DNA from: Octopus bimaculoides
Lineage: Eukaryota
Assembly: GCF_001194135.2 (NCBI RefSeq)
Contig: NC_068983.1
Location: 166,678,292-166,742,291, forward strand
Reading direction: 5' to 3'
Length of the DNA stretch: 64,000 bases
The notes under the pieces: model-generated
What the model was told of the DNA's origin: nothing
Seen by the model: only the letters and a program-made list of their open reading frames with translations
Databases searched by the model: none
Shown here: positions 23,444-36,599 of the stretch, in pieces
Layout of the letters: the number at the start of each line of letters is the position of its first letter
Position numbering within the stretch: position 1 is the first letter of the stretch
Made by a program: the position numbers and the translations under genes

Positions 23444-23740
23444 CATCATCATCATTTAATGTCTGTGTTCCCTGCTGGCATGGGTTGGACAGATTGATAG
23501 AAGCTGGCCAGGTAGAAGCCTGCACCAGACTTCTGTGACTGTTTTGGCAGGATTTTTACAGCTGGATGCCCTTCCTAACACCAACCACCCAGCAGAGTGG
23601 ACTTAGTGCTTTTTATGTGGTACAAGCACAAGCGAGGTCAGTTTTGACAAGGTTTTTACAGTTGGATACCCTTCCAAATGCCAACCACTTTACAGTGTGG
23701 ACTGGATGCTTTTTAAATGGCAACTGCACTGACAAGGTCA
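23444..23740 (-). mobile_element. RTE 3'-end fragment with internal duplication
   Basis: (CAT)n tail; TTTTTACAG(C/T)TGGAT(G/A)CCCTTCC..CCAACCAC occurs twice. Confidence 0.7.
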
Positions 23741-24171
23741 CCAAGTACATTACAAGACAAAAAGAAAAAGTGTTTACATTAATCATATTTCATTAAAGTG
23801 TAATGTGTCTGCCTCTCTCTATCTGTATATTTCTGTGTATGTGTGTATATGTTTGCCTCCAGTGCCAAAAAGTACTGTTGCCAAAACAGATTGAATGTCC
23901 TTTCAGCCGCACCAATTGAAACAGCTGTGCCCAATCATCTCAATTCACCCTCTTCCTCTGCATAGGACCTGTCTCTACATTGAAACCTTAGCCACAAAGC
24001 TTTAAGAATACATTTTGCTGCACCATCAATATGAAGCAGATTATATCTTATAAACCCACCTAACTATTGAGGCTGGTTGCAGAGATATTGCCATTTGTCC
24101 ACTGAATGAATTCTGCAAGTAAATGTTAGAAGTAAAAAATATAACGTCTACACTGAGAAGTTGGTAACAAT

Positions 24172-24345
24172 TAAAAGAGAGAGAGAGTATGATTTTCCTC
24201 TTGAAAATTAGTTTTCCATCATTTTGTATAAGCACCAACTGAAAGTGCATGATTGTCACCACTGAGCCATGCACCTTCACCTGGTGCTTATACAAAATGA
24301 TGAAAAACTAATTTTCAAGAGGAAAATCGTACTCTCTCTCTTTTA
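24172..24345. repeat. quasi-palindrome, ~80-bp arms, 16-nt loop
   Basis: AAAAGAGAGAGAGAGTATGATTTTCCTCTTGAAAATTAG...GCACCA mirrored by TGGTGC...CTAATTTTCAAGAGGAAAATCGTACTCTCTCTCTTTT. Confidence 0.9.
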
Positions 24346-24709
24346 CTTGTTTCAGTCATTTGACTGCGGCCATGCTGGAGCACTGCCTTTAGTCGAGCAA
24401 ATCGCCCCCAGGACTTATTCTTTGTAAGCCTAGTACTTATTCTATCGGTCTCTTTTGCCGAACCGCTAAGTTACGGGGACGTAAACACCAACATCAGTTG
24501 TCAAGCGATGTTGGGTGGACAAACACACAAACACACACACACACACGACGGACTTCTTTCAGTTTCCATCTACCAAATCCACTTACAAGGCTTTGGTCGG
24601 CCTGAGACTATAGTAAAAGACACTAGCTCAAGGTGCCACGCAGTGGGACTGAACCCAGAACCATGTGGTTGGTAAGCAAGCTACTTACCACACAGCCACT
24701 CCTGCGCCT
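24332..24709 (-). mobile_element. tRNA-headed SINE family A, full-length, best-preserved copy
   Basis: Minus strand AGGCGCAGGAGTGGCTGTGTGGTAAG..GGGTTCAGTCCC..GGTAGATGGAAACTGAAAGAAG..GCTCCAGCATGGCCGCAGTC..AAAAGAGAG; CpGs largely intact. Confidence 0.9.
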
Positions 24710-24813
24710 TAAATGAAATTTAAAATTTCTTGAGTAACACATCTCATAACTATTCTGCTATTTACTTGCACTCCTCCTCTTCCTGTTTCTGAGTCTTTCT
24801 TTCTCATCATTCA

Positions 24814-24872
<59 letters not shown>

Positions 24873-25914
24873 NNNNNNNNNNNNNNNNNNNNNNNNNNNN
24901 NNNNNNNNNNNNNNNNNNNNNNNNNNNNNNNNNNNNNNNNNNNNNNNNNNNNNNNNNNNNNNNNNGTAGTTTTTTTATTATTCATTGCCTGCCACCAAGC
25001 CTCCTATGTGCAACTTTCACTCTCTTCCCTCTGGTCTCTATAGGATGTAAAGTGTGACTCAAGATACCAACCAACATTTATACGAGTTATTATTACATAG
25101 ATTATAAATCAGTAATTAGGTCATTTTAATTAATCCTGATCATTACCATATGTAACAATGCTTATAATTAAATATATTGTCTGTGACTAAAAACACTTCC
25201 ATTCTCTAGATGTGCCAGACATGAACTCAAAGACCCAGTATTTGAGAGGCTGTGGAAGCGCTAAAAGAAAACCAGGAGAAAACAGCTATGACAAGGGTTT
25301 CAATAACAACGGCTTCAGGTTTTAGTTGCTCAAACGATGTTGATTTAGTTAATTAGTAAAGCTGTTGTGTGTCTTTGCATGCGTGACAAGTCATGGCATG
25401 ATTGTTTCATTGCTTAAAGAATTTAGGTGACCCTAATGATACAGGTGAGGGTGGATGACATTTTAGGTCATACACCTCTGATTATTCTCACCTCAAGAAT
25501 ATTCTAATAAAAAAGAAAAGGATGGGANNNNNNNNNNGGGGGGGGGGGGGGGGGTAAAGAGGCTTTGAGGTAATTAACCATTAATTTAGCAGAGCAAAAA
25601 CAGTCATTAACTTCACCATTCTTAAACAATAAGAACAAGAGATATACATTAAGTAGGTTTTCAGTTTTCTTTAAATTAACTTGGACTAGATTAAAAAGAA
25701 AAACTTTCACGACTCTGCAGTTTGTAAGTGTTTCAAGAACTGTTGGACAGGAATGCTATGACAACCTCGTCATTCTCTCCACCAAGAACTTCACTGTCGT
25801 ACAATAAGCAATGAAATGTAACAGGGGTGTGTTTATTAATAGTTAAAAGTAGGTTCTTTTTTAAGACAGTGATCATTGGCTGTTATTTCTAGCAGGTTGA
25901 GTGACCATACAAGA

Positions 25915-26085
25915 CAGTGGTTCTTCACCTTTTGTAGCTCTGCATCCCTCCATGGCATATCACAAATGTCCCACCAAATGAAGTATTCAACATTATTTTC
26001 ATCAACAGAAACCAATTTCTTACATTATCCCATCCAATATGTGCCCCCTTTTAAATATTTGCATGGACTGGGGGCCCATCTGTTG
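25915..26085. mobile_element. possible degenerate hAT MITE
   Basis: Begins CAGTGGTTCTTCACCTTTT, like the Buster TIR at 46270; right TIR not clear. Confidence 0.3.
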
Positions 26086-27589
26086 AATTTGTAAGGCAAT
26101 TGCTAAAGGAAACAAGGGTTTATATAATCAAATGCTATTAGATATTCATGCATCGTCAGTCTGGTTTCGGTTCAATGTCTTCTTGTATTCTGATCCTGAT
26201 AAAAACTTTTAAAATAGAAATAATGTATAAAGTACCTTGTTTAAATGTTTTATTTCTAAAAAAATTTCAACAGGCTCTAAACATGCAGCATCCTTTAGTG
26301 AACCACTGACATACAAAGAAGCTGCTTTGTTTGTTTGACCTGCTTGTAATAACCTAATCCCCGCTCAAATCGCACACTATCATTTTAAACAGAGAAGGGC
26401 ACAAACATTGAGAAACATTCTAAAAATCAGAATAGGATGGCAAAAGCTGGAATAGCCTTGAGCTTAGTTAACCAGAACTGAGCTAGGCTTAAATAACAAC
26501 TAGACAACCATTGGAATGTAGAGCCAATCATCAAAGATTAAGGGCATAGCTACACATGTGATCTCCCCTGCCCCTCCCTGATGACTTTGTTCCCTCATAA
26601 CGTTTTGAAAAATGTTTATTATTTTAATCTTCCACAGATAAAACATTTTCAATGGTGTACATAAGGATCTTATCAATATTTGTTGTGAAGAATAGAGAGG
26701 AGTTTTGGGTAATTCACACACTTTGACTGTTTCTTATATTTTGATGAGTTGTGTAAATTATCTCCTCACCCACATCGAATTCCAATATAATCATAATCCA
26801 TACCATCTGAAAAGCATTTGTTGAAAATTTTATTTTAAAATATCCATTTATCAAAAAGTAATGAAAGAAACAAAGTTGGGACACATCAGTAATTCTGTTG
26901 GTTCAGGTTTTGCCCCTAACCAGCAAGAAATACAATGTTCCTGAAATCTAAAACTATTGTATGTATAAGGGGAAGGAATGTCCATTGTTAAATTTCAAAA
27001 ATTCCAGCCATTATTCAAGACATAGAAAGCAGGTTTAATCTATTTATACATTTTGGCGCAGTGGTGGGGATAGGAATGATAGATTGGTCAAACAGGGTCT
27101 TATTAAGAGGTCTATGACCATGGCCCAGCACCAAAGAATTTGGTGAAGCACAACAATTTGCAATGGTTCTTTTAAGGCTAGTGACCATTTTGTGAGTTAT
27201 AATATGCATTCTCTTGTAGTGATCAGATTAAGGAACCTCTAAGCAGTTACTCGACTAGTATGAAACTGCAGTCAAACATCCCTTCTATCACACCTTACCA
27301 CCTTGAAAAGATAAACCTGCAGTTTAGGGGTTTTTTTTAAATGTAATTGGCCAAAAGTGATGTCAATGAAAGTCCATAATTTCCATGGAAACAATTTATG
27401 TAAGATAACCATTAAATAGAATACGACAAGAGCAAGGCCACCACATCCTGTCGGTTCTTTCTGTAAACGGCTTATTACATTGTTCACATGTGGTAGTGAT
27501 GGCCAACATGCATCGACATGCAATGATTTTTCAGTGGTTTATTCATTGCTAGATATAATGCATGGGTATACCTCAGTGCAGCTATTTCC

Positions 27590-27815
27590 GAAATAGATTC
27601 ACTGGGCTGGTTTCCTAGATTCTCTGGCATAATATAATCCCCACCTGGATGGGATGCCAATCCATGGCAGGCTAAACTCATTTCTGCCAACTGAGTGGAC
27701 TGGAGTAGTATGAAATGAAGTGTTTTGCTCAAGAACACAACACATTACCTGTTCCAGGAATCAAAACCACAATCTTATGATCATGAGTCCAACACTGTAA
27801 CCACTAAGCCATTGC
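27590..27815 (-). mobile_element. SINE family C
   Basis: AACCACTAAGCCA (A-box), GCTCAAGAACACAA, CTGAGTGGACTGGAG; tail homologous to the 18.7 kb copy. Confidence 0.75.
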
Positions 27816-27869
27816 CATCGTCAAACCATAATCTACCAATTTACCATAAATAATATGAACTCTGATTAA

Positions 27870-28250
27870 ATCAACGGGGTTCTCATTAGTTTGCAGTACA
27901 AGAATATATTCTCAAAGAACTGCTGCAAGGACTTCCAACAATTCCAATATGATGAGGATTCAGTTGGTCGACATCAACTGAGTTACCTACTCCTGAATTC
28001 ATGTCAAACTGGCTGAATATTCCACAGATACGTACACCCTTTAATGTAGTTCTTGGACATTATTAGCATTGGTGGAGGTAACAAGCCTGTACCAGGACTA
28101 ACTTCTATACAGTTTCCATTTATCTAATTTTACTCACAAGTCATGAATCAATCTAAGGTTATTGAAAATAACGTCTAAGATGCTGCATAGCCGGATCGAA
28201 CTCGGAACCTCATGGTTACGAAGCGAACTTCTAAACCCTTCGACTCTATT
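27870..28250 (-). mobile_element. degenerate SINE fragments (C-variant tail, then A head)
   Basis: Similar to 56.7-56.9 kb tail and to the family A head (GGATCGAACTCGGAACC). Confidence 0.4.
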
Positions 28251-28701
28251 GCGCAATTCCAATGCAGGGGCGTACCGAAATGTAAACTGCAAGTGTGATT
28301 AATAGAAAGTTTATACACGCGCACGCACGCACACGAGAAAATCCGTTTTTCAAATTAAAATACCGTCTATTTGAAACAATATCGGTGAAAATAGAATTGA
28401 ATAAAAAAAAATATCAAACAACAGGTTATGAAATAACGATAGTGACTTCATTTAATCAATAACAAGTTTATTTCGTAGCCACACCCCACTATTAATATCG
28501 ATTAGGTGGAAATATCGAAGTGAGCAAACTAGTCTTCCATATTCTGCGGGACAAGCTACTTTAATATCAACGTAGTATTAGATTCAATAGCGGCCAGGAT
28601 AGGTTTTTAGAAAACAAATATTTCTGTGATGTTTTTTGGGGTTTTTTTTATAGATAATTTAGATATTTCTCCAACACAGATTACAGAAACATTTATAACA
28701 A

Positions 28702-28910
28702 AACCTTTCTCATTAAAAATATTTCTGTTAAAATACATTGCCTTTGTTTCGATTAATTTTGAAAATAAGAGTTTAGTAAAATAACTTTGTAATTAAGTTG
28801 GTGTTTTGAAATATAAATGAATGCGAAATTTTGGAGACCAGTTTAAAAGAAAGTTTGTTTCGAAAAACGCAGAAGTGGTCTCTCGGCTGGGTTGGTATTA
28901 AAAGGAGAGT
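28702..28910. mobile_element. second piggyBac-like MITE family, degenerate
   Basis: Reverse-complement homologue of 48921-49085, which starts TTAA-CTCTTTT. Confidence 0.45.
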
Positions 28911-29040
28911 TTCTCTTTAGACTTCAGAGATGGACAAATTAGAAGCTCAGCATTGATCGACAAGAATGAGTGGTTTGAAGGTGATTTGTCTTATTTCTAG
29001 CAGGTCGAAGAATAGTTGACACTGACACACAGACGGACAA

Positions 29041-29200
29041 ACACACACATGTCTATGCGAACGCGAGCGCGCGAACGGTAGTTTAGCGTGGACGGAGTCA
29101 CAGGGGCGGTTTACCTGTCCACGGGTTAGGAAGCACAGTTCTTATCGCGGGCGTTGACAACTCACGCTATGCTAATACACACACGCGCGCACGAGCGTAC
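29041..29200. promoter_or_regulatory. CpG-dense candidate promoter / first-exon region
   Basis: About 20 CpGs in 160 nt in a CpG-poor window; GC box GGGGCGG 29103-29109; minus-strand donor-like CAG|GTAAAC at 29115/29114. Confidence 0.35.
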
Positions 29201-32200
29201 ATATAGCTACCAGTATTTAAACAAAACTGTATAAACTACCAGCATTAAAAAAAAAAACTGTCATTTTCAGTTGTCACCAGATTCGACCCTAACATGTAAA
29301 TTTAATTCTTTTACAAACAATACCTTGTTCTAATTCTCAGTGAAACTTGTTTTAAAGTTATATTTATAGGTGTAATGCATTTGTGATATTTTCAGCAAAT
29401 AAGAGAAACTCGTCATTTTTCCCATCTTACTTGGCTTTATTTCTCTAGCTTAAAGTTTTTTTTTTTATGTGTACACAAGTCAGGCCTGGTAGAACAGACC
29501 GGCGATCAAAGACATACCAACTGTGACCATCCTGTAAGACTATTCAATGAATGTGTCTTTTCCAAGAGATTTTTCTTCAACCACAATCAGGCCAAATTTA
29601 TACCACAAAACAATAAATAACGGTGATTAAGAAAATTAAAAATGAACCTAAATGTAAAAGAAACAATTCTCGCAGATTAAAGATAGAACGACGGTGGGGA
29701 GTCATCGGTGGACAAAATAAATTATATAAATAAATAAAATAACATCCAGTTTGAAGAATTCGGCGTGTGCTAGAGAGAATTATTCCAGACACACCTTCTG
29801 TTTCAATATCAACGGATTGCTGTCAATAAAAAGCCTGTACTAGTTCTTTCCGTACGACAGGTAACAGATTCCGACAATGAATACGGGCAATAAGAATGGT
29901 TTAATGGGTGCTATGTTTATACAGTGTTAAAAAAGGGACATGAAAAAAAAATCCCAATCAACGTTTGTCAGTTGACATGCTGAGGGACTCCCAGCTCTGC
30001 AAATTGTATTTTTTCACTTAATGTATATAAAATGATTGTGTATGAAAGACACGAAACAGTTAATGAAGAATTGGATTTTAAGGACGAGAGATGCAGGAAA
30101 TTAGGGGTGGGGTGGAAAGGGGCAAACATGAAACGCTTCTACCTAGAAATTGAGACAGGTTCACAGACTTTCGTGAACTTGCGATGTCCCACGCTGTTGT
30201 ATAATCAAAGATATCGTTTAAAAGACGTCATTGCGCAGCGTATCTGAGCCCTACAACTCCATCATACACAAGAGACTTCGAACTCATTGCAAACGAGTTG
30301 GTGTGCACTCGCTGCTTATACCTTGAAGACAATGCCATCTTAACGCAGATTCTGTGACCAGGAATCCATTGAGGGTAGGACGTAGGGGTACAGCGAGGGT
30401 TTGGGCTACCTTGTAAAGTAACGTACCATCGTCTACTACAACAAACCCACTCCTTTAAAGTGGCCACCCAGAGCAAACCGCGCACACTTACTACATTACT
30501 GAGCGTTGAAGGGGACAATTTCATCATATTTCAATAGAGTAGGCCTCTATTTCTTCGTTGCAGCCCTTCAGCACCTAAAGATGGCCCTCTCCTTAGTGTT
30601 GCAACACAGATAAGAACACTGCATCTTATATATCACCGGGGGAAACAGAGTTCACCAAATTAGATTTAATGAATATAGAAATAATATCTCTAGAAAATAT
30701 AAGCGAAATAGTTGAAGCGGTGCTCGTGAGAGGAGAAACCAGCTGTCCGACATGACCAACTGGAACTGTCTCATACATTCTTTTATATGAACCATTGGAC
30801 TGCGAATTAAAAGCGGGGGAACCACCTTCAGTATGGTAGTGTGTTGGGGGTAGTTGGTTAAGTGGCCAGTTTCACTCGGCACCAGTACAATTTTCACCGA
30901 CCGGAAAGGCTGTCACTCCTACCTATATATCATGAGTTTGCTGACAAAAATGGAAGATAAAGNNNNNNNNNNNNNNNNNNNNNNNNNNNNNNNNNNNNNN
31001 NNNNNNNNNNNNNNNNNNNNNNNNNNNNNNNNNNNNNNNNNNNNNNNNNNNNNNNNNNNNNNNNNNNNNNNNNNNNNNNNNNNNNNNNNNNNNNNNNNNN
31101 NNNNNNNNNNNNNNNNNNNNNNNNNNNNNNNNNNNNNNNNNNNNNNNNNNNNNNNNNNNNNNNNNNNNNNNNNNNNNNNNNNNNNNNNNNNNNNNNNNNN
31201 NNNNNNNNNNNNNNNNNNNNNNNNNNNNNNNNNNNNNNNNNNNNNNNNNNNNNNNNNNNNNNNNNNNNNNNNNNNNNNNNNNNNNNNNNNNNNNNNNNNN
31301 NNNNNNNNNNNNNNNNNNNNNNNNNNNNNNNNNNNNNNNNNNNNNNNNNNNNNNNNNNNNNNNNNNNNNNNNNNNNNNNNNNNNNNNNNNNNNNNNNNNN
31401 NNNNNNNNNNNNNNNNNAACCAGTTTGTCATGGAACATATTTTTGATCATTTTTAATATTGTTCTTCTTGTTATCCCTGTTGTTATTCATAGGTGCCATG
31501 AAGACTTCGCTCAAGTTCTTTTGTGTAACTATTAACATTAAGAAACATTTTGATACTACTTAAATACAGAGGTCCCTAAAAACTAACCCTACAGGACCTC
31601 TATTTAAGCAGTGCCAATATTTTATACGTTTCGCCCTTATGGACTGGTCTTCCTCGAGGTTATTTTTTCTCCTTTTTAACAAATTAAAATGTTTGCGTTT
31701 GTTGTGCTGCAATATTGAGCAGAAATGTGTGCACGTGTCTATGTCATTGAGTTCTTTTGGGGAGAGATGTAACACCTTCGCCTTATTTTTTTTTAATGGA
31801 GAAGGAAAATAACCGCTAATACTTGCGTACTCGATTGAATGAAAATCGAAGTTTGCAGTGTCGTCTGAAGTCTATTTTCTAAGGCAGTTATTCAATTAAA
31901 ATACAAAGATAAATTTAAATGTCAAAATGCGTAAAGTCTTTTTTTTATTATCTCGGATTAAATATTTATAAGCGCTATATTTAGATATTTAAAAAATACT
32001 TTTTTTATTACATAAAATTCGAAATATAAAAGACTAACTTCGCCAATACCAAGCGAAGAGGCAGCTTAAAACTAATTAAAACCAAGTTAATTAACGTAAT
32101 ACAAAACAAATTAAAGAGAGAAATGTGTCACTTTTCAAGAAAAGTTTTGTTATTTGAAGAATTTGTTAAATATTAAGTTTAATATAATATTTTTTCTTTT

Positions 32201-33350
32201 AATGTCTAAATCAATAATTTAATGTTTACGTATAATTTATGTAAATNNNNNNNNNNNNNNNNNNNNNNNNNNNNNNNNNNNNNNNNNNNNNNNNNNNNNN
32301 NNNNNNNNNNNNNNNNNNNNNNNNNNNNNNNNNNNNNNNNNNNNNNNNNNNNNNNNNNNNNNNNNNNNNNNNNNNNNNNNNNNNNNNNNNNNNNNNNNNN
32401 NNNNNNNNNNNNNNNNNNNNNNNNNNNNNNNNNNNNNNNNNNNNNNNNNNNNNNNNNNNNNNNNNNNNNNNNNNNNNNNNNNNNNNNNNNNNNNNNNNNN
32501 NNNNNNNNNNNNNNNNNNNNNNNNNNNNNNNNNNNNNNNNNNNNNNNNNNNNNNNNNNNNNNNNNNNNNNNNNNNNNNNNNNNNNNNNNNNNNNNNNNNN
32601 NNNNNNNNNNNNNNNNNNNNNNNNNNNNNNNNNNAAATAGCATAGAAAATTTGCTTCAGTGTGTAGTATTTGGTATGAAATAAGAAAAAAGTTATTATTA
32701 TCTCCGAATTATACAACTCGAAAAAGAAAACAAATCTTAACAAATGCATATGTTTAGCTTTATAAATACATATCAAATTTTAAAAAAATATTTTAATAGT
32801 TCTTACCTGACATTGTTGAAGAGGAATATTATGTATAATTATAATATATATATATAAGCACAATATTAGTGAGACGTGGTTTATCAGTAAAGAAGCTAAA
32901 CTGCAAATGTCCTGTTTCCGCAGAAATAGAATGCAGCAAATTATTGACAGTTTTGAAAGCTCTACAGGAAAGATTTCACTTGTGATTCTGTCACTAAAAT
33001 AATCACTTTGACAGAGGACAAAATAGGAAGAAAAGAAAAAAGAAAAAGAGAGACAGAATGCTCTTGCCTAGCCTAGTTACACCACGTTACCTGACCTCCT
33101 ATTTCGTATAGACTCGCCCGACACCTTCGGCTTAGCTTTCACTTAAGCGTATATACGGATGCGGGGTTATAATATATTACATACATATATCTACACTCTA
33201 AAACTTTTCTCTCTCTCTCTCCTCCCCCACCGGCAACAATAAATACGTCTCTTTTGTTATCGAATTCAAACTCTCAAACTAAATTCTCCTTGCCGTTCTC
33301 ATTATAATAAAATATCTCGCAACAGCAAACAGGTTTTCCAGGTTGATTTT

Positions 33351-33389
<39 letters not shown>

Positions 33390-35666
33390 ATGCGTGCGCG
33401 CACGTACATACATATAACGTTAATAATGGCCCTATATTAACTTACACTGGGGACAGAGGCCAACTTTTAGAGTTGCTTCATGGAACACAGCCCCCATCGA
33501 TTTATAGTCTCGGTCAAAGAAGTAGGGGCGGCAGAAGTGATTCCACAGTGACATATTGAGTGTTGTTTATACAATGACTGTCTACCACGATATCTCACTG
33601 ATGTTCTAAATAAAGGCGGTGCCATGAGGTTAGGATGTCGGACACAAGATTTTTGAGTTTCAGCATTTCTGTTCGGAGTTCGACGGAGTTTTGAAGTAGC
33701 TACTTTGGCCTCAAAGGGAAAGAAAAGGGCACCGAGTTGGGAGCCAAAAGTGAATTTTAAAAAAATAAAATCGAAGGTTTTGGGAAAAATATTATTTCAG
33801 AAGTGTAATTCCTGTTGTATGAAAGAGAAACACTAAAAACAGAAAGGGAAAACTATCCCCATTTCTTTCCCACAAGGTATGGTGCTTCGAGGGACATTTT
33901 CAGATTTTTGCCCTGGAATCAACTTGGCCCACCGTTTAAATATTTATTTGAAGCATCTTCTATGTGAATGGCATTATAAAGAAGAAAAAGACCAAGTTTT
34001 CTTTCCACTGGTATTCATTAATCACAGAATATTCTGCAGTTACTTTAATTTCCTAAATTCCGCGGTCTACAAAATTTAGCCGATGCCATGCATGTACGTA
34101 TTAGGTAATAATGTTTATTCGGTTTATAGTTCGCTTTCTTTGACCTTGTTTGTAAAATCCAAACTCAACAAGTAACAGTCTGTGAAATATTGATTAGAAA
34201 AACATTCTCATTTGCTGGTCCGTCCAAGATATTTTCTTGTTCAATACAACGTATACACGTTTATTATAGTTTTTTTTTCCGTTTCAGGCACAAAGACCCA
34301 ACATTTTAGAGGTCAAACAGGAAGCGGATCGTTCGCACATTTCGTGAGAGCATTATCGATCTACAAGGGAAGTTTATTGGTCCCAACCGGACAGTTGAAA
34401 CTGCTATGTTGCAGTATTGTTTAATCAACAATTTTAGTTCTTGCTACACACACTAAAACAGAGAGGAAAATCCAGTTTCTTTGATTTCTTTCCTCGCCAC
34501 CACCACCACCACCACCACCACGACTATATATATNNNNNNNNNNNNNNNNNNNNNNNNNNNNNNNTATATATATATATATATATATATATATTGGCATCAT
34601 CTCCGACGGCTGACCAACATATTTGTTTGGGAGTTTTTCGATGCATTTAGAATATATAATAATTGGGAGACCATTATAGCTTCTCTGAGTAATCAGCAAG
34701 CTACTGAAAATGGCTGACCAACTTGGCTTTTGTTGAATACATAAACAGCCTTTTTTTTTCTCTTTTTCCGTCGATATTGAGAGAGAAAGAGAGAGAGAAA
34801 ACACTGAGGGTGTCAGGAGGAGAGAAAGATGAGAGCAAATATCTCTACATATGCACGTCTCTCCAAACAGCACCCACTCTACAGATGTAGAATTAACTTC
34901 TAGATTCTTCACTCACCAGGAATATCAAAGAATTATAATAATGAGCTTATTGTATACTTATTGCGTGCTGCACTGTTTTAATGTATTTCTTTTGTTTTTT
35001 CTTGATTTTATAAGTATGTCAACAAGTAGATATTGACTTCAAATAGGTGGCTAAATTTGTTGTTTGAAAGATGGGTAATCTTGTGGGCTTTGACTAAGTC
35101 AGCTACTAATGTTGACATTTTAATGTGTTGATCACCAGAGAAGCAATAAGTTCAAGATTTGGTAAGTGATGCACAGAGAGTTTCTTGCTGGAATCAAGAA
35201 ACATCCTAAAGAGAAGAGAAAGACTTTCTTGTTTAACAAAAATCTGATGATTTGAGAAAGTTTAATAACAAAAATTGAGAAAGGACTGCAAATCATTAAA
35301 ATATCTCTCAACCCAAGCAAAGCACTTGAGTTCAGATTGCTTTAATCTACTCAACTGAGTTTGAGTAGCAGTTGAGTGTAGTACAGTCCCTTCCACTCGT
35401 TCTCTCTCGAGCTGTCACATCCTAGTACAAGTCCTAATTAGGATGGTGTCTGTGTCTGCCCCATGGCTATGCAGGCAGCCAAAACAATTCATGAAAACAT
35501 GGTATCTGTAATGCCATTCTTGATTCTTAGACACTGCCAAAGTCTTTCATTAGTTCCAGAATAATGCTGTATATTTGTGTAGTTAGTATATAGATCATTC
35601 CAGGGATATGAGACATTTTGACGCAGCTGTTTTGGCATTGCGGAGTCAATGCTGCCTTATTTAAAA

Positions 35667-35825
35667 CATCACCATCGTCCGTTTTCCATGCTGGCAAGCA
35701 AGGATTGGACAGTTTGACATAAGCTGTCCAGACTCCCATTGTTTGGCACAGTTTCTATGGCTGGATGCCCTTCCTAATGCCAACCACTTTACAGAGTGTA
35801 ACTGGGTGCTTTTTGCATGCCACCC
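35667..35825 (-). mobile_element. RTE 3'-end fragment
   Basis: GTTTTCCATGCTGGCA...GGCTGGATGCCCTTCCTAATGCCAACCAC. Confidence 0.7.
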
Positions 35826-35894
35826 TCATGGATGTTTACGCAGCACCGATGTGAGTGTATCTACACAGAACCAGCACAACTGTGTCTACACAGC

Positions 35895-36153
35895 ACTTTT
35901 AATGTTTCTCTCTCTCTCTCCTCCCACTCTCCCCCTCTCTCTGTTTATGTGTCTGAGTATATTTCTCTTTATGCTCACTCCCTCTCTCTCTCTCTGTATA
36001 TTTCTCTTTATGCTCTCTCTCTCTCTCGCTGTATATTTCGCTTTATGCTCTCTCTCTCTCTCTCTCCGTATATTTCTCTTTATGCTCTCTCTCTCCATAT
36101 ATTTCTCTTTATGCTCACTCCCTCTCTCTCTCTCTCTGTATATTTCTCTTTAT

Positions 36154-36193
<40 letters not shown>

Positions 36194-36200
36194 TCCCTTT
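35895..36200. repeat. microsatellite-seeded minisatellite, unit TATATTTCTCTTTATGCT(CT)n
   Basis: About seven units of variable (CT)n length. Confidence 0.85.
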
Positions 36201-36247
36201 ATGCATTTGAGAAGAGAGAAAGTTTTTATGTCAATCATGTTCAATTA

Positions 36248-36599
36248 TTTTGTTTCTGGATTTGGTTTGCAAGATTCTTTTTGTGAGTTTGTGTGTTGAA
36301 GCATATTCTGTTGTGTCTGGGGAGAGTCATTCTCTTTTCGTGCCTTTATCATTTAACACACACACTGGTAAAATTTCCACTCATTTACTTATTTGTTTTT
36401 CTAAAATTTTCGTTGAGTCTTGCAACCTTTCCAATAGTCGTTGACCATTATTGTTGAGAGTCAACAACTATTGGAAAGGTTGCAAGACACAACGAAAATT
36501 TTAGAAAAATAAATAAATAAATGAATGGAAATTTTACCAGTGAGTGTGTTAAATGATAAAGGCACCAAAAGAGAATGACTCTCCCCAGACACAACAGAA
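36248..36599. mobile_element. palindromic (hairpin) element with 12-bp TSD
   Basis: 140-bp arms 36306-36445 / 36460-36599; CATGTTCAATTA at 36236-36247 and 36600-36611. Confidence 0.85.

Noticed and set aside
24640-24709. tRNA gene call for SINE heads (here and at 18.7, 56.6 kb)
   Set aside because: A and B boxes are present but no cloverleaf, and they continue into SINE bodies.
27299-27461. Minus-strand 54-codon open segment ending in GTG|GTAAGG
   Set aside because: Weak acceptor, internal A8 run and unrecognised peptide; likely chance.
30228-30527. 99-aa minus-strand ORF in the CpG domain
   Set aside because: No recognisable motif in any frame and no convincing splice context; cannot be supported without a search.
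31555-31612. Imperfect hairpin CTTAAATACAGAGGTCC / GGACCTCTATTTAAG
   Set aside because: Single short AT-rich stem with a bulge and no family or terminal signature to interpret.
35244-35270. CTGATGA-TTTGA-GAAA
   Set aside because: No stem III with a UH triplet and no stem I complement.
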